Shown here piece by piece: positions 19,255-28,030 of a stretch of 59,463 nucleotides of DNA. Under the pieces are notes generated by a model. That model did not search any database and was not told the DNA's origin. It was given only the letters and a program-made list of their open reading frames with translations. Numbering within the stretch: position 1 is the stretch's first letter; every line of letters starts with the position of its first letter. This DNA is from Escherichia phage Skure, in the sequence record MK672798.1; one strand, 5' to 3'. Made by a program: the position numbers and the translations under genes.

Positions 19255-20612
19255 CTGAAGTCGCAACAGCTAAAGCCGACGCAGTCAAAGAAGTTAATAC
19301 AGCTAAAACATCGGGTGTTGCTGCGGTCAACACCGCTAAGACGGAAGCAATTAATGCAATAACCCCGCTAAAAGACGCTGCCGCAGCTTCTGCAACTCAA
19401 GCGGGTGCTAGTGCAACCGAAGCGGTGAAACAAGCTACAGCAGCCGCAGGCAGCGCTGCAACCGCAGGGCAGAAAGCTACCCTAGCAACAGAGGAAGCTA
19501 ACCGCGCGAAAGGGTATGCGGATTCAATGGACCCCTCCAGCATAGCTAAACTTGATGCTGAAAATACTTTTACCAAAAAGCAGAAGTTTAACCTTAATGC
19601 AGAATTTGGGGCAAACGCTGGTAATCCTCTTTTAATCAAGAGTGTTAACCCAACAATTAAATTTGAAGAAGTTGACGCCACAGGTGATGTAACTGGCTAT
19701 GTTATGGTCATGGAGGGCGGTAACATACAACTCCAGGAGAACGATACTGGTAGCACTAATGTTGTCTTTAACTACAGCGCTTCAGCTAAAACAGTCAGGC
19801 TACCATCTCACAAGACTGGTTCATTTGGGGAAGTTGGTCAGCTCAGGACAACTGGGAGTTATAGTCAAGACAGCATATTAATTAGAGCGACGGGAGCGGG
19901 TTCGGCTTACACAGCTTATACCGGATCTTCCAGTCCATCTATTGTAAGATGGCGATCAGGGCTTGCTACCAGCGGGGGCTATGCATTCTACAACTACAAT
20001 GAGGATGGCACGTATCATTCTACTCCGGTAGCCATTGGGGGTGCGGGTACTGGGATTGCAATTGCGTTCTCTACCAATATTACCGGGCGAATTACAGCAG
20101 GTGGCGGGGACGCAGGAACCGACGCTGCAACGTTTAGATCCAATGGTTCAGCGTCTTATGTTTGTAACTTAGCATCAAATGGAGTTATTCGAACCCGTGT
20201 GGGATTTAGCGACACTGTAGGGAGCTATGGATTTCAAACATATACCACAGCAGGTTCGCCTGAGTATTGGATTAGACTTCCGAGTGCTGGCGGAACCCTT
20301 GCACTGCAAGGAACATCGGGCTTAGCATATAAAAAGGCGATCAATGACGGTAATCCTATTGATGCTTTAAACCGCATCATGGCACAACGCATGGTCACTT
20401 TTATTTATAAGGACGATAAACAAGAAAGAATAAGATTTGGTATTATTGCAGAAGAATCGGAGAAAGTCACACCACAATATGTGAAGCACAATGAAGAGAT
20501 TTATGAGGATGTATACGAGGATGTTATACGAGGATGTACCTGTAGAGGTTACTGTAGATCATACCGACCCCGAAACTGGTATTACAGAACAAATCAAAGA
20601 ACAACGCATTGA
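19251..20612 (+). CDS. tail fibre protein (central/distal segment), TTG start in ORF track
   Basis: 453 aa; Ala-rich N-terminus, Gly/Ser/Thr-rich body; its C-terminus begins an intramolecular-chaperone-like region (GIIAEESEKVTPQYV); frame 0 is open from 19206. Confidence 0.6.
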   Translation: MTEVATAKADAVKEVNTAKTSGVAAVNTAKTEAINAITPLKDAAAASATQAGASATEAVKQATAAAGSAATAGQKATLATEEANRAKGYADSMDPSSIAKLDAENTFTKKQKFNLNAEFGANAGNPLLIKSVNPTIKFEEVDATGDVTGYVMVMEGGNIQLQENDTGSTNVVFNYSASAKTVRLPSHKTGSFGEVGQLRTTGSYSQDSILIRATGAGSAYTAYTGSSSPSIVRWRSGLATSGGYAFYNYNEDGTYHSTPVAIGGAGTGIAIAFSTNITGRITAGGGDAGTDAATFRSNGSASYVCNLASNGVIRTRVGFSDTVGSYGFQTYTTAGSPEYWIRLPSAGGTLALQGTSGLAYKKAINDGNPIDALNRIMAQRMVTFIYKDDKQERIRFGIIAEESEKVTPQYVKHNEEIYEDVYEDVIRGCTCRGYCRSYRPRNWYYRTNQRTTH

Positions 20613-20805
20613 ACAGAAATTTATTCGTCGTGAAGTCGAGAAGAAAATTGTTTCACAGAAGACCCGAGACAGACCTTCAATTGATACTAACCCTATTGTT
20701 ATGGACTTGATGGGCGCCACTCAAGCGCTCAAAGCAGAAATTGATAGTTTGAAAGCGGAGATAGCTGCGTTGAAGGGCAATGTGGTTAATAACAATCTGC
20801 CATAA
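20491..20805 (+). CDS. C-terminal intramolecular chaperone-like segment of the tail fibre, in +1 frame relative to 19251-20612
   Basis: Ends ...ALKAEIDSLKAEIAALKG, resembling the tail-fibre intramolecular chaperone C-terminus; frame joins the upstream ORF if one T is removed from the tandem repeat at 20505-20540. Confidence 0.45.
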   Translation: MKRFMRMYTRMLYEDVPVEVTVDHTDPETGITEQIKEQRIEQKFIRREVEKKIVSQKTRDRPSIDTNPIVMDLMGATQALKAEIDSLKAEIAALKGNVVNNNLP

Positions 20806-20816
20806 CCACAATAATT

Positions 20817-20845
20817 AAGGAGCCAAACGGCTCCTTTTTTTTTTT
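20817..20845 (+). terminator. rho-independent terminator after tail fibre genes
   Basis: AAGGAGCC-aaac-GGCTCCTT followed by ten T. Confidence 0.75.
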
Positions 20846-21066
20846 AGTTGTCACTTTCTCACCTACCTGCGACCGCACCGCGTTTAAACATAACTCCCTC
20901 CTTTTGTTCAAGTCGTGACGTCCATTGCATTATAAGGGTACCAATGCCAGGCTATTTACAATTTATTTACACGCATATCATGGTAAATAATATGTTAACG
21001 AGTATACTTACCAGCGTAACCCGTTGGTTACATCCGCTTAACAAATCCATATATGGAGATTTTCCT

Positions 21067-21774
21067 ATGTCTGACATGACTCTTTTACCTACTAATCTCG
21101 GTGGCGACGGTTTCGGTGGTGAAGCTGGTGCGGCTGGTATCGGTGGCGCGATCGGTGGCTTAATTGGTTCCTGGATCGGTAATGGTTGGGGTGGCAATGG
21201 TGGTTGGGGTGGTCGCGGTAACTTCGCTGGTCCGGTAGAAGTGCAAGCTTCTGTTGACACCAACGCAATTCTGCAAGCTATCAACAACGGTACTCTTCAG
21301 ACCATTCAGGGGTAGAACGGTACTAACCTGACTGTTGAGCGCTCCGCTGCTTCTACCTATAACGGTATTACTCAGCAGAACACTCAAAACCTGCTGGCTT
21401 CCGTTCAGGGCTTTGCTGGTCTGAACACGCAAATCCAGGGCGGCACCAGCCAAGTGCTCGCGGCTCTGTGTAACAACGAAGCAGCTAACATTACCCGCTC
21501 CTTCCAGGCTCAGTTAGAAGCTCAGAAGTGTTGCTGCGAAACCAACCTGAACATCGAGCGTCAAGCAGAAGCTACTCGTGCTCTCCTGCGCGATCAGCAC
21601 GCACAAGCGCAAGCTGTTCTGATCTGTGACCTGAAGTCCCAGTTGCAGGAAGCTCGCTTTGCAAACTCTCAGTTGGCGCAGACGGCTGGCCTTACCTGTA
21701 AAATCAATCAGGTTGAGCAGTTAGTTAACTTTAAACTGCCAACTCCTCCAACTCCTCCGACTGGCTGCTGCTAA
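21067..21774 (+). CDS. Gly-rich N-terminus / Cys-containing C-terminus protein interrupted by in-frame TAG at 21313-21315
   Basis: ATG 21067 with GGAG RBS; same frame open on both sides of the TAG; coding-like composition continues 46 codons to the annotated downstream ORF 21454-21774. Confidence 0.4.
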
Positions 21775-21845
21775 TCGTTGAAGTGCGGTTAAACTAAAGC
21801 GCCTTTCGCTCCTCCGCTTGGGGCGCTTTTAACAGAGGTAATATC

Positions 21846-22214
21846 ATGAGCCACATTAAAATTGCAACGATGGGAATGCCACGGGTCAAATTGCCTAAGG
21901 TTGCTTTACCTCGCATTAGCGTAGGTGAGCACCACCATGAACATGAGAAAGAGGAATATAAACATGCTCACTCTTATGCTCGAGATCATGAACATATGGC
22001 AGCTATGTCAAATGTTCTTGACCGGATGGAAGAACCTCCGCATACGTGGGCGGCGTACCACGACAAGCCCGGCGGTATGATGTCCATTGTTGAAATGGAA
22101 TACCGCGAATTAATGGAGTGTAAGAAAGAAGGCGACCGCGCAGGGATCATGAAAGAGTTGACTGATCTTGCCGCAGCTTGTACTTGCGCTCTTCAAAAAA
22201 TGAAAGATATGTAA
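21846..22214 (+). CDS. MazG-like nucleotide pyrophosphohydrolase (putative)
   Basis: 122 aa; EMEYRELMECKKEGDRAGIMKELTDLAA resembles the E-x-x-E...E-x-x-D metal-binding helices of all-alpha NTP pyrophosphatases. Confidence 0.35.
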   Translation: MSHIKIATMGMPRVKLPKVALPRISVGEHHHEHEKEEYKHAHSYARDHEHMAAMSNVLDRMEEPPHTWAAYHDKPGGMMSIVEMEYRELMECKKEGDRAGIMKELTDLAAACTCALQKMKDM

Positions 22215-22229
22215 GAATAGGAAGCCGAC

Positions 22230-22760
22230 ATGCAAAACGTAAACGCAGGAATGGGCGTAACCCAGTTCAACGGGATGAAACCGAAAAACTCCATCAACAT
22301 GGGCGGTGTTGATTGGACGTTACGTCGGGACGCTACCGATTCAACTACCATGTTCCCACACCAGAAGGTGAGCTGGCTTAATGCTGGATGTGAACCTATG
22401 GGTGATGGAAGGGTTCATTACTGTTGGATTATGGGAGTGATACCGCCTACGCCGGGCACTATCGAACGACCCGTGAATGTGATGTATGTCGGCTTCCACC
22501 AGTTCAAGATCACAATTGCTCCAAACTCCATTAGTCAGTCAGATCTTGATCGTATGCATGTTTACGTCAGCGATGGTACAGACTTCGCAGGGGATTTTAT
22601 TAGTAAGTTTCTTGGTATGCAACCAGAGCAGCCTGTAGAAGTACGCGAGCATATTAGCCCGTGGCCACCCATGATTGATCAGGAAGTGCTGCAACCAAAG
22701 ACCGCTCAAACGGTCCCTCAGAAACCGGAGCAGAAGGTGAAACCAAATGACGAAGAATGA
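22230..22760 (+). CDS. hypothetical protein
   Basis: 176 aa ORF with RBS at distal end of late operon. Confidence 0.4.
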   Translation: MQNVNAGMGVTQFNGMKPKNSINMGGVDWTLRRDATDSTTMFPHQKVSWLNAGCEPMGDGRVHYCWIMGVIPPTPGTIERPVNVMYVGFHQFKITIAPNSISQSDLDRMHVYVSDGTDFAGDFISKFLGMQPEQPVEVREHISPWPPMIDQEVLQPKTAQTVPQKPEQKVKPNDEE

Positions 22761-23031
22761 AGGTATTGATAAAGTCGTTGAAGGGCTTTCTATTCGTGCT
22801 CATGTTATAGCAGACGAAGGTCATGATCAACTCACAATTATGAAATCTGCATTCAGCGATTTTAAGTCTCTTGGAAACTTAAGCGGGTTAATGACTGTGG
22901 TGTCGACCGGAAAATTAACCCAGCAGCAAATCAGTCTGGCTCAGCGTATTGCTGTTAAAGTTATTGCGGTACTTGGGATGATTGAAGCTGAAAAGCCTAG
23001 TTCCAAGCAGGATAACGAAAGCGACCTTTAA
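22747..23031 (+). CDS. hypothetical protein
   Basis: 94 aa ORF overlapping previous stop. Confidence 0.35.
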   Translation: MTKNEGIDKVVEGLSIRAHVIADEGHDQLTIMKSAFSDFKSLGNLSGLMTVVSTGKLTQQQISLAQRIAVKVIAVLGMIEAEKPSSKQDNESDL

Positions 23032-23042
23032 GGAGGTCTACT

Positions 23043-23246
23043 ATGTGTGGTAATACTAACCGTTGCTGTCTAGGCAGTCCTGCAACACAAGCAGGTATAC
23101 TTCAGGGGCAATTAGCTCAAGCAGCGTGTAATTGCAAAACTTTTCAACCAGTAGCGCCAACTCCTGTGTTTGTGAATGCTTTTGCACCGCCTGTTTTCAA
23201 TACTTTTGGCGTATACCCATACGGTGCTTTCTTTCGTATATTCTAA
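23043..23246 (+). CDS. hypothetical Cys-containing small protein
   Basis: 67 aa, GGAGG RBS, last + strand gene before bidirectional terminator. Confidence 0.3.
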   Translation: MCGNTNRCCLGSPATQAGILQGQLAQAACNCKTFQPVAPTPVFVNAFAPPVFNTFGVYPYGAFFRIF

Positions 23247-23252
23247 GAAGAG

Positions 23253-23277
23253 AAAAGGGGCAAACGCCCCTTTCTTT
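23253..23277. terminator. bidirectional intrinsic terminator at convergence of + and - strand blocks
   Basis: AAAGGGGC-aaac-GCCCCTTT with T-rich flanks on both strands. Confidence 0.6.
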
Positions 23278-23557
23278 AACGCTTATGAAAAGCTGACAGG
23301 ATTGCAAGTGTTACAGCACCCAATCCAACGACGGTAGCATAAGTGAGTTGGCGTTGAACTTTAACAAAGCCATAATAGGTGCTAGGGATGTCTACAATCC
23401 CAAACGCCATAGCAAAGCTGGTCCCAAGTAGTGCTACAGCAAGGGCGCGTAATAACGCCCTGCTCATTGCTGTAAAACCCTTCTCATTACTATCTCCGGT
23501 CATTATAACAACAATGATTAGAAATAGCGAAACGACAACTAATAGATATTCCATCAT
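23276..23557 (-). CDS. small membrane protein
   Basis: 93 aa with hydrophobic helices. Confidence 0.4.
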   Translation of the reverse strand: MMEYLLVVVSLFLIIVVIMTGDSNEKGFTAMSRALLRALAVALLGTSFAMAFGIVDIPSTYYGFVKVQRQLTYATVVGLGAVTLAILSAFHKR

Positions 23558-23760
23558 TTGCGCCTCCTGTACATGTATTGATCATACGCAGTCGCAATAA
23601 TAGTGACTGGCCAGCAAGCGAGTATACATAGAAGACTTACAATCTTCTCCCAACGTTTCTTATGGGCTAGCGCATAATCATAGTTATTCCAACAAAAGAA
23701 ATAAGTCATTGCTGCAATAATTGCGCCAATTACAAAATACATAACCACATACTCACTCAT
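23554..23760 (-). CDS. small membrane protein
   Basis: 68 aa, two hydrophobic helices, basic C-terminus. Confidence 0.4.
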   Translation of the reverse strand: MSEYVVMYFVIGAIIAAMTYFFCWNNYDYALAHKKRWEKIVSLLCILACWPVTIIATAYDQYMYRRRK

Positions 23761-23947
23761 TGGTAAATTCCCATTCTAAAGAGTTACGATAACTTGATGG
23801 TACATAGCGCCCTGGACGTGGATCGAAGCTTTTCACTGAAAATTCCAGCGTTCCGGCGCTATATAGTTGCACCTTTTGTCCGTCCCACGGTCCGCCTATC
23901 AATTTAAAAGTCTGTCGATAACCTTTTGCAGCTCTAGCCATGCTCAC
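23753..23947 (-). CDS. hypothetical protein
   Basis: 64 aa ORF in operon context. Confidence 0.35.
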   Translation of the reverse strand: MSMARAAKGYRQTFKLIGGPWDGQKVQLYSAGTLEFSVKSFDPRPGRYVPSSYRNSLEWEFTNE

Positions 23948-23983
23948 TCCTTAAATACCCGCGCGAACGCGGGTATTATTTTA

Positions 23984-24190
23984 TTACGCTTCCGGTGTTT
24001 CCGGTGATGGTTCATCAGGAACAACAATAACGTCGGCTAAAACTTTTAACGCTTCTTGCTGCTCCGCGGTCATATTATTCCAGTAATAGACGTGAATGTA
24101 AACTACTGGTTTGTCACCATGTTGCCACGGTTCGCGACTTACTACATCCGCAGCTAAATCGCTTGCTACGCTCTTTTCTTTACCAGCCAT
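23984..24190 (-). CDS. hypothetical acidic protein
   Basis: 68 aa ORF. Confidence 0.35.
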   Translation of the reverse strand: MAGKEKSVASDLAADVVSREPWQHGDKPVVYIHVYYWNNMTAEQQEALKVLADVIVVPDEPSPETPEA

Positions 24191-24222
24191 GCTAATATAC
24201 CCCTTTAAGGTTTTACACGCGG

Positions 24223-24516
24223 CTAGCCCCCAAAAGTACCCATATGATCAAGGGTTCTAATGCGCTGCTCCAGCCAACGTGCGTTCTTTTCAAAATGTTT
24301 ATTGGTACGCGCTGCTTTGCACGCATCAATAATACCTAACTCACATCCAAGCTGCGTTTGTCCCATCACGTAAGAATGGGTTAACATGCTGGATACAAGC
24401 TCTTCACATTGTAACTTAATAGGATGGTCTTGGCATAGTTTCTTTGCTGCATCTTTTAAATCCACAGCTTGGACACCAGGCGCTATCAGCAAAGTTACGA
24501 GTAATAAACGTTTCAT
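24223..24516 (-). CDS. secreted/periplasmic small protein
   Basis: 97 aa; N-terminal signal peptide MKRLLLVTLLIAPGVQA; four Cys. Confidence 0.4.
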   Translation of the reverse strand: MKRLLLVTLLIAPGVQAVDLKDAAKKLCQDHPIKLQCEELVSSMLTHSYVMGQTQLGCELGIIDACKAARTNKHFEKNARWLEQRIRTLDHMGTFGG

Positions 24517-24800
24517 TATACTTTCCCTTTACGACATAAGGCTTGAAGTTCCAGAAGCGCATCAATGTCTTCCTGTGGAGTTACACCAACGTGAATTGGA
24601 TATTTATCGCGGCATTCGTTACCGACCTCAACAGTGTGGTTAATGTAGCCGTAAACACATCCACCAATAACAGTGAAGATAAGCGCAACAATCATTGTAA
24701 GGTACTTACCTTGTTTGCGTTCTTCATTTTGTTTATTAAGCTGACGGTTAAGTTCTACCGCGTCGATTTTACCTTTATTGTAATCGTCTACTAAGCTCAT
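24516..24800 (-). CDS. small membrane protein
   Basis: Start moved to internal ATG (MSLVDDYNK) with GAGGAG RBS; one TM helix. Confidence 0.4.
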   Translation of the reverse strand: MSLVDDYNKGKIDAVELNRQLNKQNEERKQGKYLTMIVALIFTVIGGCVYGYINHTVEVGNECRDKYPIHVGVTPQEDIDALLELQALCRKGKV

Positions 24801-24864
24801 TTTGTATCTCCTCTTGTTGTATGCATATATTAAAACAGACCCGCGAAGGGTCTGCAAGTAGAAT

Positions 24865-26850
24865 TTAGGCGTATCCCATGTCTTCGAGATACTTCTCTGC
24901 TTTAGCTATATAAGCATCATAATCTATGTCGTCCGGTATTTTATCCGGTAGCGTCATAATCGGGACACCTCCCGCGCTACCAGCTACACGGTTGCCCGAG
25001 TTAGCATAGATTATTTCAGGTGTTTCTTCATTAGTGCTTAAGTACCAGCGTACAACCTTACCCAAAAATTCGCCATTCCATACCGCGCCGCCTTTTACCG
25101 CACGTAGGATAATGAATTTTCTAATATCGTTGCAATTGCGTATAGTACGAGAAACAGGCGTACCGTGGGCCAAACATTCACATACAGCTTCCATAATGAT
25201 CTCACCAGTACAGTTCTTTTGAAGACCTGTCTTTGCGAACCACCCTTTACGTTTAATTTCAACATTTCCTTCCTTGTCAGGTTCTTTTACTGCAACATAG
25301 TTATTGACGTTAGCACTGTACAGCTTGTCATAGTAGTTGGATTCCATTTCAAAACCTGTTACGGATTCCCACCACTTGATCATATTATCAACGAAGTCCT
25401 GCATGTGGTCTGGATACTTAACCACAATGCCGTCCGTGTTGGCTGAAATTACTTTAACACCATTCAATTCAAATGCTTCAATAAGCATCAATAGTGAAAG
25501 TTGTCCAGTTAATGTAACTTGTATCAATAATTGAGGCGCGTACAGTACAGACCACATGGACCCCAACTTACCAAACGATCCGTTGATAACGATCTTCAGC
25601 GTGTTGGCTGTGTTCTTGTCCCCGCTGTGCTTTGCAGCAATACGTCGGTCTACAATACTTTTATAAACACGAAGGAACGCTGGTCCTAACTGTTCTGGAT
25701 ATAATCCCTGATTAAGAATAATTGAAGGATAATAAGACGTTACGTCAATGTCCCGCTTTTTGATACCTGGCTCTTTACCGTGCCCAGCACACTCTTCGGA
25801 GCTATGTAAACCACCAATACCCATACGGTACACACCGTCCGCAATCTTGATCTCAAGACCTGTTAATGCAGGAGGTAAGCTAACACCACCGTTATCGCTA
25901 ACAATAAAGCGACAGTCCCGAACAATATCCAAAACACTATTCATCAAAGGTGTTTGAAAACGAATAAAGTCCGGTATGTTGTATGCATACTTTGTTCCAG
26001 GATAAACTTGCGGACGCTGTGGGCGCACGCCCGTTAACGCTTGAATTTCGTGCTTAATTACGTCTTCTGCAATCTGTGCATCGGAGCGTGAACGTAGATC
26101 CACACCGTATTCTTGCGACATAATTTCACGCAAGTGAATAGGCTCTTGCAATGCAATAAAACATTCTTCTGTCTGTACAAGGTCGTTAATACAGTACCAG
26201 CGCACAATAAGCATCTGGTCTTGCGTCAACATTGTATTAGGCTTGAACGGTAAATCCTGCATACGACGAGTATGTACACGTCCGCCGTATTGTTTCAAAC
26301 CGCCGGACCCAGGCAGCACTTCCATGATATCAATGTGGTTAACGTTCTGCATACGCTTGAGACGGTAACTTTTCAATACATCCGAAGGACGCCAGTCTTC
26401 AACGATTATCTTATCGGTCGCGTCTTTAAGCTGCGCATTAGAACAGCCGTTAAGCGCAAGCGTAGCAATGGGCATATCGTACCCGTTACCGTTAAAGCTT
26501 ACGATAAGGAAGTTTGTCATTACCCAGTTAAGTAATAAGCAATTCAAACTACAACCGTGATACATCTCGAAGTAGACAACTTTCTTAGTTCGCACTCCGC
26601 GAAATGCAATTAAAAAATAATTTGGATAACATTCTATATCATATACAAGCGGTTCGCGGTTAATCCATGCTTGAATAAGTTCGTCCTGTGTGTACAGGTT
26701 GTATTGGAAGTTCCGCGCTTCCTCAAGATTAGGCAAATAATCCGGGCGCTCCCAAGTGCGCTCCGGCGGTAAACGTTTAACCTTTTCTTTTTTTGCTTTT
26801 GGCTCAGGCGGTAAGTCCTGCCAAAAGAAACCAATAGCATCTGTCCGCAT
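24865..26850 (-). CDS. DNA polymerase, family B, with 3'-5' exonuclease domain
   Basis: Exo motifs YDIECY, FNGNGYD, YCIND; polymerase motifs DVTSYYPSI (A), KIVINGSFGKLG (B), ANTDGI (C); start ATG 26850 overlaps upstream stop (TAATG). Confidence 0.8.
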   Translation of the reverse strand: MRTDAIGFFWQDLPPEPKAKKEKVKRLPPERTWERPDYLPNLEEARNFQYNLYTQDELIQAWINREPLVYDIECYPNYFLIAFRGVRTKKVVYFEMYHGCSLNCLLLNWVMTNFLIVSFNGNGYDMPIATLALNGCSNAQLKDATDKIIVEDWRPSDVLKSYRLKRMQNVNHIDIMEVLPGSGGLKQYGGRVHTRRMQDLPFKPNTMLTQDQMLIVRWYCINDLVQTEECFIALQEPIHLREIMSQEYGVDLRSRSDAQIAEDVIKHEIQALTGVRPQRPQVYPGTKYAYNIPDFIRFQTPLMNSVLDIVRDCRFIVSDNGGVSLPPALTGLEIKIADGVYRMGIGGLHSSEECAGHGKEPGIKKRDIDVTSYYPSIILNQGLYPEQLGPAFLRVYKSIVDRRIAAKHSGDKNTANTLKIVINGSFGKLGSMWSVLYAPQLLIQVTLTGQLSLLMLIEAFELNGVKVISANTDGIVVKYPDHMQDFVDNMIKWWESVTGFEMESNYYDKLYSANVNNYVAVKEPDKEGNVEIKRKGWFAKTGLQKNCTGEIIMEAVCECLAHGTPVSRTIRNCNDIRKFIILRAVKGGAVWNGEFLGKVVRWYLSTNEETPEIIYANSGNRVAGSAGGVPIMTLPDKIPDDIDYDAYIAKAEKYLEDMGYA

Positions 26851-27803
26851 TAGACACGTTCTCCAATTAATACACCGCGAAGATTTTCCCCAAAGAATGC
26901 GCAAGGTTGCGGATATAAACTAAAGTCCGCAGTCTTAACCACATTTTCGAGTAATAACAGGATGTCGATATTGTAAACTCCCGTTATTGATCTGTCCTGC
27001 AATACGAAGCTTGCACCTTCTGCATCATCATAATGAGTACGCGCTAGACCGTTTTCAATATATACGCGAGGACGATCTTCCGCAAAAGGTTTGATTTTAT
27101 GCAAGCCCTCAAAAAGACCTGGATCAACAGGATGTGCATTGCATTGAACATTTAAAATACGACGTATATCAGGCCACTCCGCATCAATAAGCTGTGTTCG
27201 CAACCAGCGACCTTCCGGATAATGAAACGTCACATTGTTCTTGCTGACCTGAATATGTGTCGGGTTAGCTTTAATGCGCAGTATTTCTTTAATAGCAACA
27301 GACGGTATTATGCAGTCAATAGGGAATTGATTACCGAACCAATATTCCGCAATGGTGACGTTATTTGTAGCAAACAGGCTACCGTTATTAATCAGAATAC
27401 CGCAAGCCCACGGGCGGGATGCATCTGAGCCTACGAACGGAGCAACGGACTTCACACCGTGTACGAAGCGAGCACCGTCTATTTCGTATAAATCGCCTTC
27501 AGGGAATACGTGAGGTGTTTCCTTGTCAATACAGCGTATAGCAACACGAAACGGTCCGGACTTGATATTAAGTTTACCGTTAGCCATCATTGTTAACTGT
27601 ACGGTTTCGTCACAGTTTGAAATAGCTTTAATCATAGGCCCAGCTTCGGGTTTGCAATCAATATCCAGCTCAATAGGGCTACCCAGTGCAATAACACCGT
27701 TAAAGCCCTGTACCTGTCCATCACGGATAAGAAAGCTGGTAAGCCCTTCTACCAGTTCCTTTCGAGCGACGGAGCCTTGAACAAATTTAAGAGCGTCTAA
27801 CAT
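26850..27803 (-). CDS. hypothetical protein, possible polymerase processivity factor (sliding clamp-like)
   Basis: 317 aa, translationally coupled to the polymerase gene; function guessed from position and size only. Confidence 0.3.
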   Translation of the reverse strand: MLDALKFVQGSVARKELVEGLTSFLIRDGQVQGFNGVIALGSPIELDIDCKPEAGPMIKAISNCDETVQLTMMANGKLNIKSGPFRVAIRCIDKETPHVFPEGDLYEIDGARFVHGVKSVAPFVGSDASRPWACGILINNGSLFATNNVTIAEYWFGNQFPIDCIIPSVAIKEILRIKANPTHIQVSKNNVTFHYPEGRWLRTQLIDAEWPDIRRILNVQCNAHPVDPGLFEGLHKIKPFAEDRPRVYIENGLARTHYDDAEGASFVLQDRSITGVYNIDILLLLENVVKTADFSLYPQPCAFFGENLRGVLIGERV

Positions 27804-28030
27804 TAGCGATCCTCGATTGCTCTAATTGTGGTTAAATCTAATTCGCAGGTTGGAGGGTATCCATAAAGTCCCATTTGTTTTCCTTGTGCATTAAACCATG
27901 TACCTGACGGATCCTGCCATTGCTTAGGTGTCTTGTGGAGAAATACTACTCTGTTTTCACCGTAATAATTAATTCTTACGCCTGTGTGAGTATATTTACG
28001 TTTACCTTTTGGTCTTCTTAAGTTAGCCAT
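27803..28030 (-). CDS. hypothetical protein
   Basis: 75 aa between DpdA and the polymerase accessory gene. Confidence 0.4.
   Translation of the reverse strand: MANLRRPKGKRKYTHTGVRINYYGENRVVFLHKTPKQWQDPSGTWFNAQGKQMGLYGYPPTCELDLTTIRAIEDR

Noticed and set aside
20848-21066. Upstream extension of the Gly-rich protein ORF as given in the ORF track (start 20848)
   Set aside because: The extension crosses promoter-like AT-rich sequence and follows directly after a terminator; ATG 21067 with GGAG RBS is the more plausible start
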